Assembly: GCA_965178125.1 (NCBI GenBank)
Contig: OZ237764.1
Span: 496,001-560,000 of the forward strand
DNA length: 64,000 bases
Source of the DNA: Bilabrum cf. latius
Taxonomy: Eukaryota
Direction of reading: 5' to 3'
Numbering within the stretch: the stretch's first letter is position 1; the number at the start of each line of letters is the position of its first letter. A model generated the notes under the pieces. That model was not told the origin of the DNA. It saw nothing but the letters and a program-made list of their open reading frames with translations, and made no database searches. Below, piece by piece: positions 1 through 12,813 of the stretch. The position numbers and the translations under genes were made by a program.

Positions 1-1
1 C

Positions 2-3000
2 CGCGTGCGGCAGTGCAGTGCAGCTTTGGTGCTGGACGCAGCGGGGGACGTGGACGTGTCACGCCTGCAGCGGGGATCGAACCTGGGCGGGACGCAGGGG
101 TCTGAACCTGAACCGCTCCTGTTGGCCCGGTGGGGCGGCGGCGCTGCATTCCTGGTCGCAAGACCCGGAGCCGCAGGATCATCATCCTCATCGTCATCCT
201 CATCGTCATCGCTCGGGAGCTCTGCAGGAGAGAGAGAAGCAATCGATGGGTCGGCGAGCTCCGCCTGGTGCTCCCCTCGACGGGCGGGGGCCTGGGTGTG
301 GTGCAGGGAGGGACGGGCCAGTGTGACGAGTGGCGGACAGCGGGGAAGGCAGGACCAAGGTGAGGGAGCCGGGTCGGGTGGCAGCGGAACCTCGTCGGGC
401 GCCGCGCAATCGATCGGAGGCGGTGGACTTGAATCGGTCGCCCGCGGGCAGGCAGAGCTCGCCGGGTCTGGACCGTCGTGCCCGGTTGCAACCACGTTCC
501 TCATGCCCGAGCACGGCAGCAGCAGGAACACCACCCACGGGAAGGCAGAGAATGCACCCGGAGGCCACCGCGAACGTTCGCCAGGGTTCGCCCAGCGGCA
601 CGTGGTGTGCGTGCTGCGGGGAGGCAGGAGCAGGCAGACCGTGTTCGTGGCAGCCGACGGGGCCGGATACCCGGAGCCGAAAACATCCCAGCAGCCCGTG
701 GTGCTGTCTAGCCCCCTGCCCCTTTGCATGGTATGGGGAGCCGTGGCGATGGAGGCCTGGAGGTGCGGCGAGGCAGGGTTGGCACGGCGCGCGGCGATGC
801 GGGCGGCGGCGCCCTTCCTTCTGGTGGGTCCCCCGCGACCTTCACTCTCCGCAGTAACCGCCGGGGCGCAGCTCGCGCTGTCGGCGGGGCTGGTGCAGCG
901 CACTGCGGCGCAGATCGCCAGCTAGCTGCCCTGGTGGCTGATCGTGCTGTCTGCCACGGCGGAGGGCGGGGCCGCCATCGGCTCCGGGATCGGCGAGGCC
1001 GGCCTGGGTCTACCGGGCGGGGGGACAGCGGGCGCAGCGTGGGAGTCGCAGTCGGGCGCGAGGCATCGCCTGGAGGCGGAAGAGGACGTCAAGACCAAAT
1101 GGAGGTGGGACGCCTGGGACTCTGACCGGGCTGGCTGGGGAACAAGAGGGCCGGCGGTGCACCCGCAGCTGGGGTACCACTCCGGCGCCCTGGCGCAGCC
1201 CATTAATCGCACTCGTCACACCGTCGATCTCACCCGGGCCCAGGGACCCTACGTCGACCCGCCCATCGGCGGGTACCCCGGGCCTGCCCCGGCGGAGAGT
1301 GATGGTCGTCATGGTCAGTCGTCCCCCACGGACCGCAGGCGTGTGGGTCTGCCCGCCCACGCCCCGACGAACCACAGGGGATGGGCCGCCAGCGCGCGCA
1401 GGCTCCATCGGTGGTACACGGGGTCGTGGTCCCATGCCCAGCGGCCTGTGCGAGCAGACGGGGGTCCCGCCTCTGCGGCGGAGGCCTCCCGACTCGCTGG
1501 AATGTCGCCCGCGGCGCGATTCGCCGCCGCCGCCTGTCGGCGGTGCGCCACGGCGGCTGCCGCGCTCGAGGCGGCGGCTCTGGGCCTCGCACCCACCGCT
1601 GGGGAACAAGCCCTCGCCGCGCTGGTCACTGCAGCCACGCCGCTCCTCGCGATCGGGTCCTAGGAGAGTGTGACGAGTGCGCTGCTGCAGCCGTGCCTGC
1701 GGGCGTGGGCGGCGGTGGGCTCCCTGGCCCGGGACACGCTGCAGTTCAGTGCACGCGGGAGGTCGCAGGTGCTGCGCGCTATGGTCGCACGGCTTGGTCT
1801 GCTGGTGGCGCACGCGAGCGCTGGGTAGGGCCTGTCTGGCGCGTCTGGGGGCGGGGCGGGTGCAGCTCTCGCGCGTTGGCAGAGAGAGGTTGCGACCGGC
1901 GGTGCGGGTGCAGGCGTGGGATCGGATCAGCTGCCCCGCGGTGCCTCTGGCCCTGCTGGACTGAGCCTCGTCCGCGGCGGCGATGAGATCGGATCAGCAT
2001 CCCAATCCACCGGTGGATTGCTCGGCCTGCTGCCGCCTGCCATGCAGGTGGTGAGCTGCGCCCCGGCGCCGCGCACCTCCTGGGCGCTGGGCTGGGTGGC
2101 GGGAGAGGGCGGCTTCTCGGCGGGCGACGGGGTCTTTGGGAGGAGGACGGCTGCCGTGGGAGGGAGTGTAGGTCTCCAAGGCGGTGGCGGGCGTCACTCG
2201 AGCGGCGGTTACGCGCTTGGGCAGTCCGAGTCCTGGGCCACTGCGCTGGGGCTCGTGTGGGCCGCGGCCGTCCCCGGCGTGACGAGTGCGGCGACCGGGG
2301 CGGGCGCCGTGTCGCGGTCGGCGTCCTTGAGGGGCTGCGGGGCGCCGCTCCTTCTGGACGCCGCCGGGGAGGGTGTGACGAGTGTGGGCACGCTGACGGA
2401 GGCGGTGAATCTGATGGCGGATCGAACGGGTGTCGTGGAAGATCGGATCAAGCCTGCCTCCGAGGGTCAGGGCGACGGGGACGGCGAGGAGGCGGGTGCA
2501 GTAGCTGGGGGAGGGGGCACCCCTGGTTCCGCTGGGCCCTGGACCTTCGAGTCCGGCGCCGCACAGATGCTGCTGGCGGCTGCGTCGGTTGCCGGCGTGA
2601 CGACTCCCCACGGGGACGTGAGGCGAAGGGAGGGTTGGTCCAAGCTGAGGGAGCTGGCTGCCACCAGCATGCTTGCTGCAGCGGTGCGGCGATGCATAGG
2701 GGTGGGCGGTGCTCCAGATGCATCGCATGCGGGTGTGGAGGTGGCAGCGGGCGGCGCTTCTGCTGGTGCTGCTGGTGCTGCTGGTGCTGGTGCTGCTGGT
2801 GCTGGTGCTGCTGGTGCTGGTGGTGTATGTAGTCCAGGCGAGGCGTGGGGGGCCGTCAGGGCACTCCTGTGGACGGCGACTGGCCTATAGGCGCGGGCTG
2901 CGGAGGCGCTGACGAGTGCAAGGCCGGCCATGGAGGAGGATGCCAAGGGCGGTAAGAAAGGGGGCAAGGGGAAGCCGCCAAAGGGGAAAGACAAGGGGAA

Positions 3001-6000
3001 GGGCAAGAAGGGTGCCAAAGGGGCTGCATCCTCAGAGGGGGATGGCGACGATGCGTCGACTATGGGCACTCATCACATGCGCAAGCTGCCCGCACCCGCC
3101 GACTAGATCGACCTCGGGTCAGCCGCACTGGCCGCATCGAGGTTCATGGCAGCACTCGCGGCGGCGTGTGCCGGCCATGCACCCACGCGCACCTAGGCTC
3201 AGGAGGTGCTTCAGGGCATGGTCAAAGGCGGGGTGCCAGTGATGCCCCCTTCCTCCGTTGATGATGGCGGCGATGGAGAAAGAGAGGGGACGACGGGCGA
3301 GGATGGTGTGACGAGCGGAGCGGGGTCGCTGTCTGCTCACTTGCAGCAGCTCATCGCGCTTGCGACCAGCCTGGGCATGGCCGATGGCTCAAACTCAACG
3401 GACACGCCAGGGTCCATCGGGCTCGTCGTCGCGGTCCGCGAGGCCGCCCAGTCCGCAGCCAAGACCGCCACATCGCCAGAGACATCCGATGCCCTCGGAC
3501 CGGCAGTTGGCGCATTCTTGGCTCTATCGGCCGAGATTGACCTGCTGCTCGCGGCTCCCTCCAGCGGAATGGGGGGAATATCGGCTCCGAATGGGCCCGG
3601 TGCGAGGGAAGGAGGCGTGAGCGGCAGTGCCAGCCCCCGCGCGGATTCAGGCTCCGGGTCTGTTCCCCAGATCAGCGCGCTGCCGCTGGAATAGGCCGGG
3701 CTCGCTGGCACAGGCGTATCGCACGGTGGTGGGCGCGGGCCCGGTGCGGGTCCCCGCAGTGCGCTGCACCTGGTGCTGGCCCTGGAGGCGCAGTCAGAGC
3801 CCGATTATCGGGTGGGTGCTTCGAGCGACCTCGCGCTTCAATCCAGGGAACAATTCGGGGGAGTTTCCCTGGACCCCCTGGGGGTGGGGGGTGCCCCCGA
3901 TGTGGGGTCTCTGTCTGACGCGGTGCTCGACGAGGAGGAAGAGGCCGGCATGGCAGACCTCCGCGATGCTCTAGAGCCAGCGGAGGAGCAGCCTGGAGGT
4001 GCACTGCACGACGGTGTGCGGTGGCCCCAGGTCATGGCGGCGTGCGGGCCCGGGCGGATCGGTCACGAGCAGAGGCAGGTGCTGCTGGCCATGGCCGGGA
4101 CTGCGCTCGCCTGCACCGAGCTGGCTGCCGACCGGGCCTGCCAGCTTGCCGCGCCTTGGAGGCACACGTGGCACCGCAATGCCGTGCAGCTGGGAACACC
4201 GGAACACCCAGGTGACCTGGAGGCGGCCTCGCTCCTCCGGCTCGCCCCCGACCGCCCCTCCGAAGCACTCGTCATACGGCCCGCGGCCGGTACATCTGCG
4301 GCACTGTAGTCTGCTAACCATGTCGGCTTGGCAGGATCGATCCCCCCTTAGGGCGATGGGGAGGGCAAGGAGACTGAATAGGAGACGGCGGAGGGGGGGA
4401 ACAAGCAAGGAGATTCGTAGGACCGTGCAGGCGGGGCCGACCAGCCCCACCGTGCACTCGTCATCAAGGAGGCACGCAGGGCCAGGATCAGCACAGCGAT
4501 GGCGTGCAAGACAGCGCTGCGCGCAGCATCGTGCGCTGCAGTCAGAGCGTGTGCCGCTGCAGCCCCCGACACAGCCGTTGCCGCGCTCGAGTCGGCCTCG
4601 AGGGCCGTGGCGGCTGCCTGGCTCTCGCCCACGGACTTTGTGCAAACATCCCAGCCCACTGGTACCGGCTAGGACGGATCCGGATCCGATCCACCGATGG
4701 ATTGGCGGCCGGTGTGGCATCTTGGTGTCGTTGCGGCTCGGCTGCTGGCGGAATCCAACCGCGCCGTGTCTGCATCGCACGGTTGTGCGGAGCTGGGCGG
4801 GGCACCCAGGACGGAGACCGGTGCCACGGCCAGGGAGGGCGCGGGCCGCGTGTTCGGTGATGCCACTGCGGCTGTGCGTGAGGACCGTGCGGTGGGCGGG
4901 CACGGTGCCGGATTCTCGTCCTCTGGCGATCTGTCTGGTCTGCTTGGTGGTGTCGGCGTCGGCGATGTCGGTGAGCGAGGTGAGCTGGAGGAGGTGGAGG
5001 AGGACGAAGGGCTGGGGGACGGTGTCCAGGAAGACGACGCGCTTGAAGACGACCTGCTGGGCCCCGGCTGGGAGGACGGGGGGGAGGAGGCGAGTGCGAG
5101 GCTGGCCAGTGTGACGAGTGCGGAGGCGGTCGAGCGCGCGGTGGGCGACTCCAGGGGAGGGGGCATGGAGGCGGGGGCGCGGGCGTGGGAGGACGGGGGC
5201 ACCCCGGGCGACGGCTCCGTGGGGGTGCCCCCCTTCGGTTTGTTCCCCGGGTCCGGAGCCGGGGGCGGCCCTGCGGTGCGGCTGTCGGCTCAGTAGGCTC
5301 GCGCCTGCGGTGAGATGGCGCAGTTTGCTGCCGCGGCGCTGTCGGCGGCGGGCGCGCACAGGCACGCTGCGACTTTGGCCACCTTTTTGCTGTCGTCCTC
5401 GCCCTCTGCCTCGCTGGGCAGCGGGGCGTGGGGTCCGATGCCCGGCGGCGGTCCCTGGTCTGGAGCCGGCGCTCGTTCACCCGGGGATGGCGCGCTCGGG
5501 GCCGGACTCAAGCAGGCCTCCAGCGCGGTTGCAACCGCAGGAGGGGCGGACAAAGACGCCGCGCGGAACAGTCGGCTGGGCCCCACCCGCGCCCGCGATG
5601 CCGCCTCGCTGCACCGAGCAGCCGAGGAGGAGGCCAAGCTGGCCCAGGGAGCTCTCGCCCAGCGGGGCGCTTCGGCCGCCGCGAGGTCGGCTGTGGAGTC
5701 GCTTGCGGTTGCGCTGGTGCACGGGCGTGGGTCCGCGGAATTGCTCGCTCAGAGGGCGGAGAGGCGGCTCGCCGCTCGATTCAGGGCACTGCAGGAAGCG
5801 GTGCAAGAGTACAACCAGCGGCCCAGCGTGATGGAGAGGAGGCGGAGAGCGAGGGCCTCGATGCGTGCGGGGGGCAGGCCGGCGGGCATGGAGGCCAAGG
5901 AGGAGGTGGAGTGGAGGTTCCGCAGGAGATGGCTTGCGCGGCGCGTGGTGCGTGCCCGCGTGCTGGCACGGTCCGCGAGGTGGCGGGCCTCTGTGCTTTA

Positions 6001-9000
6001 GGCGGGCCTGCGGGCATCCAGCGGGGAGGGGGGTCCGGTGCCGGCGAGGGCAGCTGCTGCCAGGGGGCTGGGCCTGGCTTGGAGCCTGTGGAACGGTGGA
6101 GCCGCGAGGGATGTGACGAGGAGGCCGGGCGCAGGCACCCTCGGATCGGCAGGTGCTGATCTGTGGGGGCGTGCCGCCTGGGAGCTGGGGGAAGCGGCCC
6201 TTGAAGAGGAACACAAGGGGGCTAGGCTCCTGCTCGGTGACACAGGACACTCTTCTCTGTCGGCTCAGCTGCTGCCAGGGGGAGGGAAGGCAAAGGCCGT
6301 GGCAGGCCGCGGATCCACCGGTGGATTCGGTGCGATGGTGGACGGCGGGGGGGCGGGCTTGGATCAGGGGGCTGGGTCTGGCACAGCTGCCGTGAAACGC
6401 ATGCGGGCTGCGGCCGGTGCGGCAGTGCGATGGGGCGGGGGTGCTGGGGAACAAGAGCAAGGGCAGGCGGCTCTGGCGCTGGCGCTGCTGCCGAAAGGCC
6501 GTCTGGGTCGGCTGGCCGCAGCAGATCGCGCCGCGCTGGAGGAGGAGGAGAACGACATGGCCCTTGTTCCCTACAGTGGCGGCGGTGACGGGGAGTTGCC
6601 TGACGGTCTGGAGCTCACCCGGACAGCAGGGGCCGATAGAATGCGCGGCAGTGCGGTGCAGGCGGGCCCACCGCAGCTGTGGCGCGCCTTGCAGGCGCAC
6701 AAGCTCTGCATCGCCGCGCTGCGGGAGCAGAGGTCCCTGCCGCTGCTGGTGCGGACCGCTGCCGGTGCGGCTGTGCTGGCGCTGTCGAGGGGGGGCCTAA
6801 GGGGTGCGGACTGGGCGCGGTTTTTCTGGGCCGAGGCGTTCGAGGGCGGCATGGCGGCGGGTGGAGTGGCCGAGGGCGGGGACGCCCTGTGGCGGGGACT
6901 CAGAGGACTGGCGCAATCGGGTGACGCGTTCGTTGGGGCCGCGGCGGCGGCGGAGGAGGAGGAGGACGATCCCAGGGAGGATGCCAGGGGGGGGCTTAAA
7001 GTGGCGGCGAGGGGGCGTGGGGGGGTGGAGGACGGTGCCATGCAGCAGTCCAACGGTGTGACGAGTGCGGCTGCGGCGGCGAGGCCGGGGCACTTGGACC
7101 GTCGAGGACTGGCACTGCCTGGCGCGCTGGCGGCCGCTGGGGCGCGGCTGCGGGAGGCGCTGGGCCCCGCGGGTGCGCTTGCCTGTGCCGGTGCTGCCGC
7201 CGCCCTGGCTTCCATGGGCGCCTCCTCCTCGGAGCGGGAAGGGCTGGACCCGGAGTCGCTCGAAAGCGAACGTTCGCTCGAGGACAGCGAACCCGCGGAC
7301 TGCTTCCTGCCAGAGGCACCCAGGGCGGGTCCATCGGGTGAGGGGGGGAGGAGGGGCCTGCGACTTGCCGCCATGCAGCTGCTGGCGGCTGCCGCTGGGG
7401 CGGAGGACGCGGGTCCCTGCCCGGACCCGGTTGCGACCTTCCTGTTCCCGGCGCTGGCCCACCTCGGAGTCCACGTGCCTGGCGGCCTGCCAGGGACATC
7501 CGGGCCGCTGGCACTGTTTGGGGCGGTGGGGGCGGACCCGATCGCGGAGTCGGAGGACCTTGTTCCCTCGAGCACCCTCTGGCCCGCCCTGCGAGCCGCT
7601 GCAGTGCAGTGCATCGGGGAGGGCCCCGTGTCCTGCGCAAGGGCCGCCCCCGGGGCCGGTGCTCTCCTCGTGGCTGCCGCACGGAGCCGGTGCCCATGGC
7701 GGGTGGCCGACGCACTCGTCACATCGGCCGACTGCGCACGGACTCTGGGCAGCGTGTCCGGCGCCATCGCAGCGCTGCAGGCCGTGTGCGAAGGAAAAGG
7801 CGCATCTTTGGCAAGCGATGCCTTCGGCGGGTCAGCGGCTGTGGCCTTCCCGCCGCACGGTGTGACGAGTGCGATGCTAGCGTACGACGACAGCCGTTCC
7901 CCGCTGCTGCCTGCAAACCGCATGGCACTGGCTCGGATCGCGGCTCTTGGGCGAGCGCTTGAGGCACAGTGCATTGCGGCGTTCGGCGGGAGTGCGGCAG
8001 GGACTGGCAGTGGCGGTGCTTCCGCTGGGGCAGCTGGTGCTGCTGGTGCCGGAGAGGGCGATGATGCCGATGTGAATGAATCGGGGACTAAGGACGAAGG
8101 TTCCGGTTTTGAGCGCTGGGATGCTGCTGGTGCGCTGGCAGCCGAGGCTGTGAGGTGGCGGTGGTGCGATGGGGGGGTGCAGGCGGGGGAGGGCTAGGAG
8201 GGGGGGGAGGGGGAGGAGGAGGATGCCAAGGGCGGTAAGAAAGGGGGCAAGGGGAAGCAGCCAAAGGGGAAAGACAAGGGCAAGGGCAAGGGCAAGAAGG
8301 GTGCGAAAGGGGGTGCATCCTCAGAGGGCGGTGGCGATGCTGCCAGCGGCAGACGCCCCGATGACAGCACACCCGGCGGGTGGGCCGCAAACCGGTTGCA
8401 ACCGAATACCGCCATCCTCCTCGGCCCCGAACTGTGCGCCCGCTGGATGAGTTCCCTGGGTCAGCTACTGCTCGCCGCCTGCAGGGCCTGCAACTTCGGA
8501 GGGTGTGACGAGGGCTTGGACGCGTGGGTGTGGGGAGCAGCAGAGGGGCCAAGGGCAAGGGCCAGAGCCTCGGATGGGTCCTCGAACTCAACGGATCTAT
8601 CAGCACCGTCGTCGCATGCGGGAAATGAGAAGGACACAGTGAACGATCATGGCGATGCATCGCGGCCGGATTCTCCCGCGTCCTCTTCCTCCTCAGCCCC
8701 CTGCCAGTGGTTCGAGTGGAGGAGGCAGCTGGCCGACGGCGCGTGCAGGGCGGCCGTGGCGGCGACCCGGATCTGCGCCGCTTGCAAGGATCCGAAATCG
8801 AATATGTGGGGGTCGGGCACCGCCAGCCAGGAGGCCACCGGGCTGTGCCTCGTGCACGCGTGCCTGCTGGCCAGCGAGGTGCATCGCACGATGGCGCGCT
8901 TCGCCGCCGCGGCTGCCTGGGCCGCCAGGGCACAGGCGGAACTCGACGAGGCCGACTCTAGCCCCCGGGAGTTCAGCGGGGTGGCACATGTTCCGCAGCG

Positions 9001-12000
9001 CGCGGCGCCGCTGTACCAGCACCCGCTGCTCGCGCACTTCCTGTCGCCGCCGCGGCCGCGGGCACCCGCCGGCTCAGGTGCATCGCACGATGGTGCCGCA
9101 GACAGCGGCAGGAACGACGACGCACCCACGGACAAGTCGGTTGCAACCTCCCTGCTCGCCGGCATGCGACCTTAGTGGGTGCTTGTTCCCTGGAGGGGTC
9201 CCCAGCTGCGTATCGCGTGCGCCGAATCCAGCGCACTAGCGGCCGTGCAGGCCGGCTCGCTAGAGACTGCGTCACGAGCGGTCGATGCCGGGCTGCGAGC
9301 GGCGCGGCTGTCCGGGCTGCCGTCTGGGGGTAGGAGGCTTCTGCTGCTGCGGGCAGAGGTGTCTGCCAGGCAGGGATCTGGGTGTGACGAGTGCTACGCG
9401 GCGCTCGCGGCGGCGGGGGCGCAGGGGCAGGTGGACGGCAGCACGGATCCCTCGGTGCTCGCGTCTGCGTGCGCCGCCGTTTCCGGCTCCGAGTCGTTGG
9501 GCGCGCGCCTGCCGCCGCTGCCCGTGGCTTCGTCCTCCTCCGCGGGCGACTCTGAGGAGGAGGACGACGCGGGTGCAGTGCACGCAGGCGCTGCCCCCGC
9601 GGGGCAGCAGCATCAGCGCCCGTCCTCCCGGACGATCGCGAGGCAGGCAGCCGAGGAAGCCATCCTCAGGAGGCTGGCGTGCATCAGGCGGGGCGAGGCG
9701 GCCGCACGGGCGGGCTTGTGCGAGGTGTTTGGGGCCTCCGCGGTGGGAGCGGTAGAGGGCTGGGGCGGCCCGCTGGCACCGGCCCTGGAGCTGCCGGGGA
9801 ACACCGACGAGGCCGGGCGGGCGGTGCACTCGTCACACCTGCCGTCGGGTGCGGGGATGGTGGATCCGGAGCCGCCGCTGGATGACGAGCATCCGATGGG
9901 CTGGCAGCCCAGGCCGCTGGGTAGCGTCCGTGTCGCTGCCGGCGCACTGTCCGGCTCCTGCGCGGGCCCGGTGGGCGTGCTGGCTCAGTCCGCCGCGTGC
10001 AGGTGCAGGTTGCTTCTCTCTCTCGCGGCCGAAAGCGAAGACGGTGCTGCCGAACAGGCCGCTCTGGCTATCCGGAATCAGAATGAGGCCGTGGACGTGG
10101 CGGAGGCAAGGGCGAGGGCAGCTTCCAGGGGGGAAGGGCAAGCACTCCTGCCCGGGGAGGAACCGCCCGCGATCGTGCCAGACCCGGTGCTGGCTGCCAG
10201 GGCACAGGCCGCGGTACGGGCGAGGGATCGTCACACCAAGCGGGCGACTGAACTGCTGCAGGCCGCGGAGGGCGCCGCGCATCGCGCCGTGCGGTGGTTC
10301 CGCTGCGCGGGCGAGTGCGGCGGTGCCAGCCCCGCGGTTGCAACCGCCCTCTTGCTGCTGGGAACGACCCGGAGCCGGAGGATCCGGCTGGCGATGGGCT
10401 TGGCCAGGCAGAAGCAACAAGCCACCAAGGGCACCTCACTCGTCACACCGGTCCCCCACCCCGGGTCCGACCCCCTGCCGGCATGGCGCGCGTGCGTGGC
10501 CGTGTGCTCCAGGGCCGGGCCTGGGGCCCTTCCCGCGTGGAGGGCCGCCCTAGGTGAGGCATCGGCGCATCTGTGCCTCCGATCGGTTTCGGCTCCGGGT
10601 CCCGAGGCCGGCAAGCGGCTCCGGGTTGGGGCGGCCTGCGCCATTGCCGCCGCCTCGGCCGTTTCGCGCGCGTGCCGCCGCTGGTTTGGACCCGCTTCCG
10701 GGGGCAGGGAGGACTTGGCATCCGTGGGCACGGGCGAGCTTGGGGACAGCACTCAAGGGATCGGGCATGCGGCCAATCCCGGAGAGGAAGGTGGCCAAAC
10801 CGGCGGGTCCTGGATGCGGGACGGATCCAGCGCCCCTGCTCTGCCCGAGTCAGCACTGGCCGCCGCGGACATGATCCGATCATGGGCGCGGGAGGCCGGT
10901 GTCCGGGCCGAGTACTCGGGAGCCGGAGCCAAAGCCACGGCCATCGCCGCGGAGGCGACGGAGAAAGCTGCTCTGGAAGCCAGGAGGGATCCGGTGGCGG
11001 TGGGGGGGGGCGGTGGGCAGCACGGTGGTGTGACGAGTGATACGGACGGTGCTTTGTCTCCTGCTTGGCCTCCATCGGTTGGTGTTCTCCAGCTTGCGGC
11101 GCAGTGGAGGCGGCTGGTGCACCAGACCGGCGGTGGGCTGACTGCCTCGGCGGAGGGCTGCCTGAGCACAGGCACCGAGAGCGCGGCCATTTTGGCGGCG
11201 TCTGGCGCTAGCACCGCTCAGACTGGGGGTACTTCCGACGGGGATGTCGCGGGTGCGGCTGTCTGGAACGGCGTTGGGTTGCAGGGGTTCGGTGCAGTGC
11301 TCAACGGCTCTATGAGGGCCCAGCCGGCCCTGGTATCGAGTGATTCTGGTGATGGTGCGGCGGGTGCAGCAAGCGGTGACGGTGCCGGCGATTCGGCAAG
11401 TGAAACAGGCTCGGATGCGGGCAGCGAGCAGCTGGCGGGAATCGTGCGGTGGCACAAGGCTGCGCTCTGGTCGCTCCGTGCCAACGCTGCTGACGTCACC
11501 AGCACGAGTGACGTCAGTGCCGGGGTCCCCCCCGAGAACGCAATCATGGTGGTGTGGCGGGAGGCGTCGCTGGCGGGCGAGACGCGAAGGTTCGTGAAGC
11601 TGGGGCAGGACCCGAACGGCAAGCCCGTGGGGAGGTGGGAGACGGCCCGCCCTATGGTGCTTGCGGCCACCCGCCTGCGCCCAATCTTCACACCGGGGGA
11701 CTCGACACACCCGGGGGCCGGCGATGCAAGCACTCGTCACACCAGTCGCTCGTCGTCGCCCAGGAGCGCGAGAAGCGGCATGTCCGCAAGCAAGGCCAAG
11801 GCCAAGGCCAAGGGCAAGGGGAAGGGGAAGGCCAAGAAACTGAATTCTCCACGCGGCAAGGGCAAGGGCAAGGGCGACGAGCGCGACGAGCCGGCCAAAC
11901 CGGAAGTACCCATGGAGCTGGTGTGTGAGTGCGGCCCGGCGGTTCTGCCTCAGTCCGCCGTGCAGCAAGCGCGAGAACTGGCGGCGGCTGCCGGGCAGGA

Positions 12001-12574
12001 GGCCGCGGCGGATGCATCGCACGGTAGCGCGGTGAGGCTGCTGGGGCTGGGCGGGAGCGATGCACACGATGGAACTGCTTCAGGAGAGGTATAGGAGAGT
12101 GATGGTCGTTCGGTTGGCCCTGTGACGAGCGCGCTGCTGGAGCCGAGGACTCAGTCCGCTGTGTCGTCCGTGCGCGGGCCGCTGGGCCGGGTGCTGTGTG
12201 CCGTGGGTGCGCAGGGCGGCAGCGGTGTGACGAGCGTGCTGGCTGCTCTAGCAGCATCCTCCGGACCGAAGACGGAGAGTGTCGTCGGAGATGACGGTGT
12301 GACGAGTGCGGCCAGCCGGCAAGGCAGCGCCCCAGCAGCCCTCGCGATGCGGGAGATAGCCTTGTTCTTCAGCGGGCCGGGGGCGAGGACCGGCGGGGCG
12401 CACGTGATTGGGGCGGGAGATATCAGCGATGGGGCTGGTGCAGGCGGGCAGGAAGAGGAGGGGAAGACCAGTGGCAGTGCACCCGAAGCGGAGGGTAGTG
12501 TCGTGAACAGCAGTCAATCAATGGCGGAGGCGCAGCAGCTGGCTGCAGGCGTGCTACTGTCGGGGTCAGGCTGA
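2..12574 (+). CDS. Giant Ala/Gly-rich hypothetical protein, 5'-partial, >4,190 aa when TAG is read as sense
   Basis: ORF-track segments 5..925, 944..1663, 1916..2890, 3206..3694, 3773..4309, 4697..5296, 5315..6001, 6038..8197, 8396..9175, 9179..12094 and 12122..12574 all share one frame. They are separated only by TAG (17 in-frame TAGs: 923, 1661, 1826, 2888, 3104, 3194, 3692, 4307, 4349, 4379, 4418, 4670, 5294, 5999, 8195, 9173, 12092). The first non-TAG stop is TGA 12572-12574, followed by AT-rich intergenic DNA. Helical Ala/Leu blocks alternate with low-complexity linkers and K/G-rich patches. No family confidently recognised. Confidence 0.8.
2760..2822 (+). repeat. Coding (GCT/GGT)n microsatellite encoding AGAAGAAG
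   Basis: Directly visible tgctggtgctgctggtgct... tract. Confidence 0.9.
2934..8340 (+). repeat. Dispersed intragenic duplication (~120 bp, copies at ~2934-3054 and ~8216-8340) encoding EEDAKGGKKGGKGKxPKGKDKGKGKKGAKGxASSEG
   Basis: Near-identical nucleotide strings GAGGAGGATGCCAAGGGCGGTAAGAAAGGGGGCAAGGGGAAGC...GCATCCTCAGAGGG at both sites. Confidence 0.9.
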
Positions 12575-12813
12575 CCAGGAAGGTTTATAACTCGAGTTGG
12601 CGTGGTATAGTTCATTTGTAGCGCACGAAATAGGCTCATGTAGCCTCTCAACAATCAAAACCGGAATCCGTTTTGCGGCAAAATCATGATTTCGTGTCGC
12701 GTGAGCCCAATGTCAATGTGCTCAGAGTTAACCTTTAATATCGCTCAACAGCATCACCCACTTATAAGATTCAAATTATCTATCGATTGGGCTGACCAGC
12801 GCGTGTGTTGAAT

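Noticed and set aside
3971-7974. Long antisense and alternative-frame ORFs (e.g. 3971..5365, 6571..7974, also 10880..12067, 16477..17589, 44324..45310)
   Set aside because: These are shadow ORFs expected in GC-rich coding DNA. They overlap better-supported genes and have no recognisable motifs.
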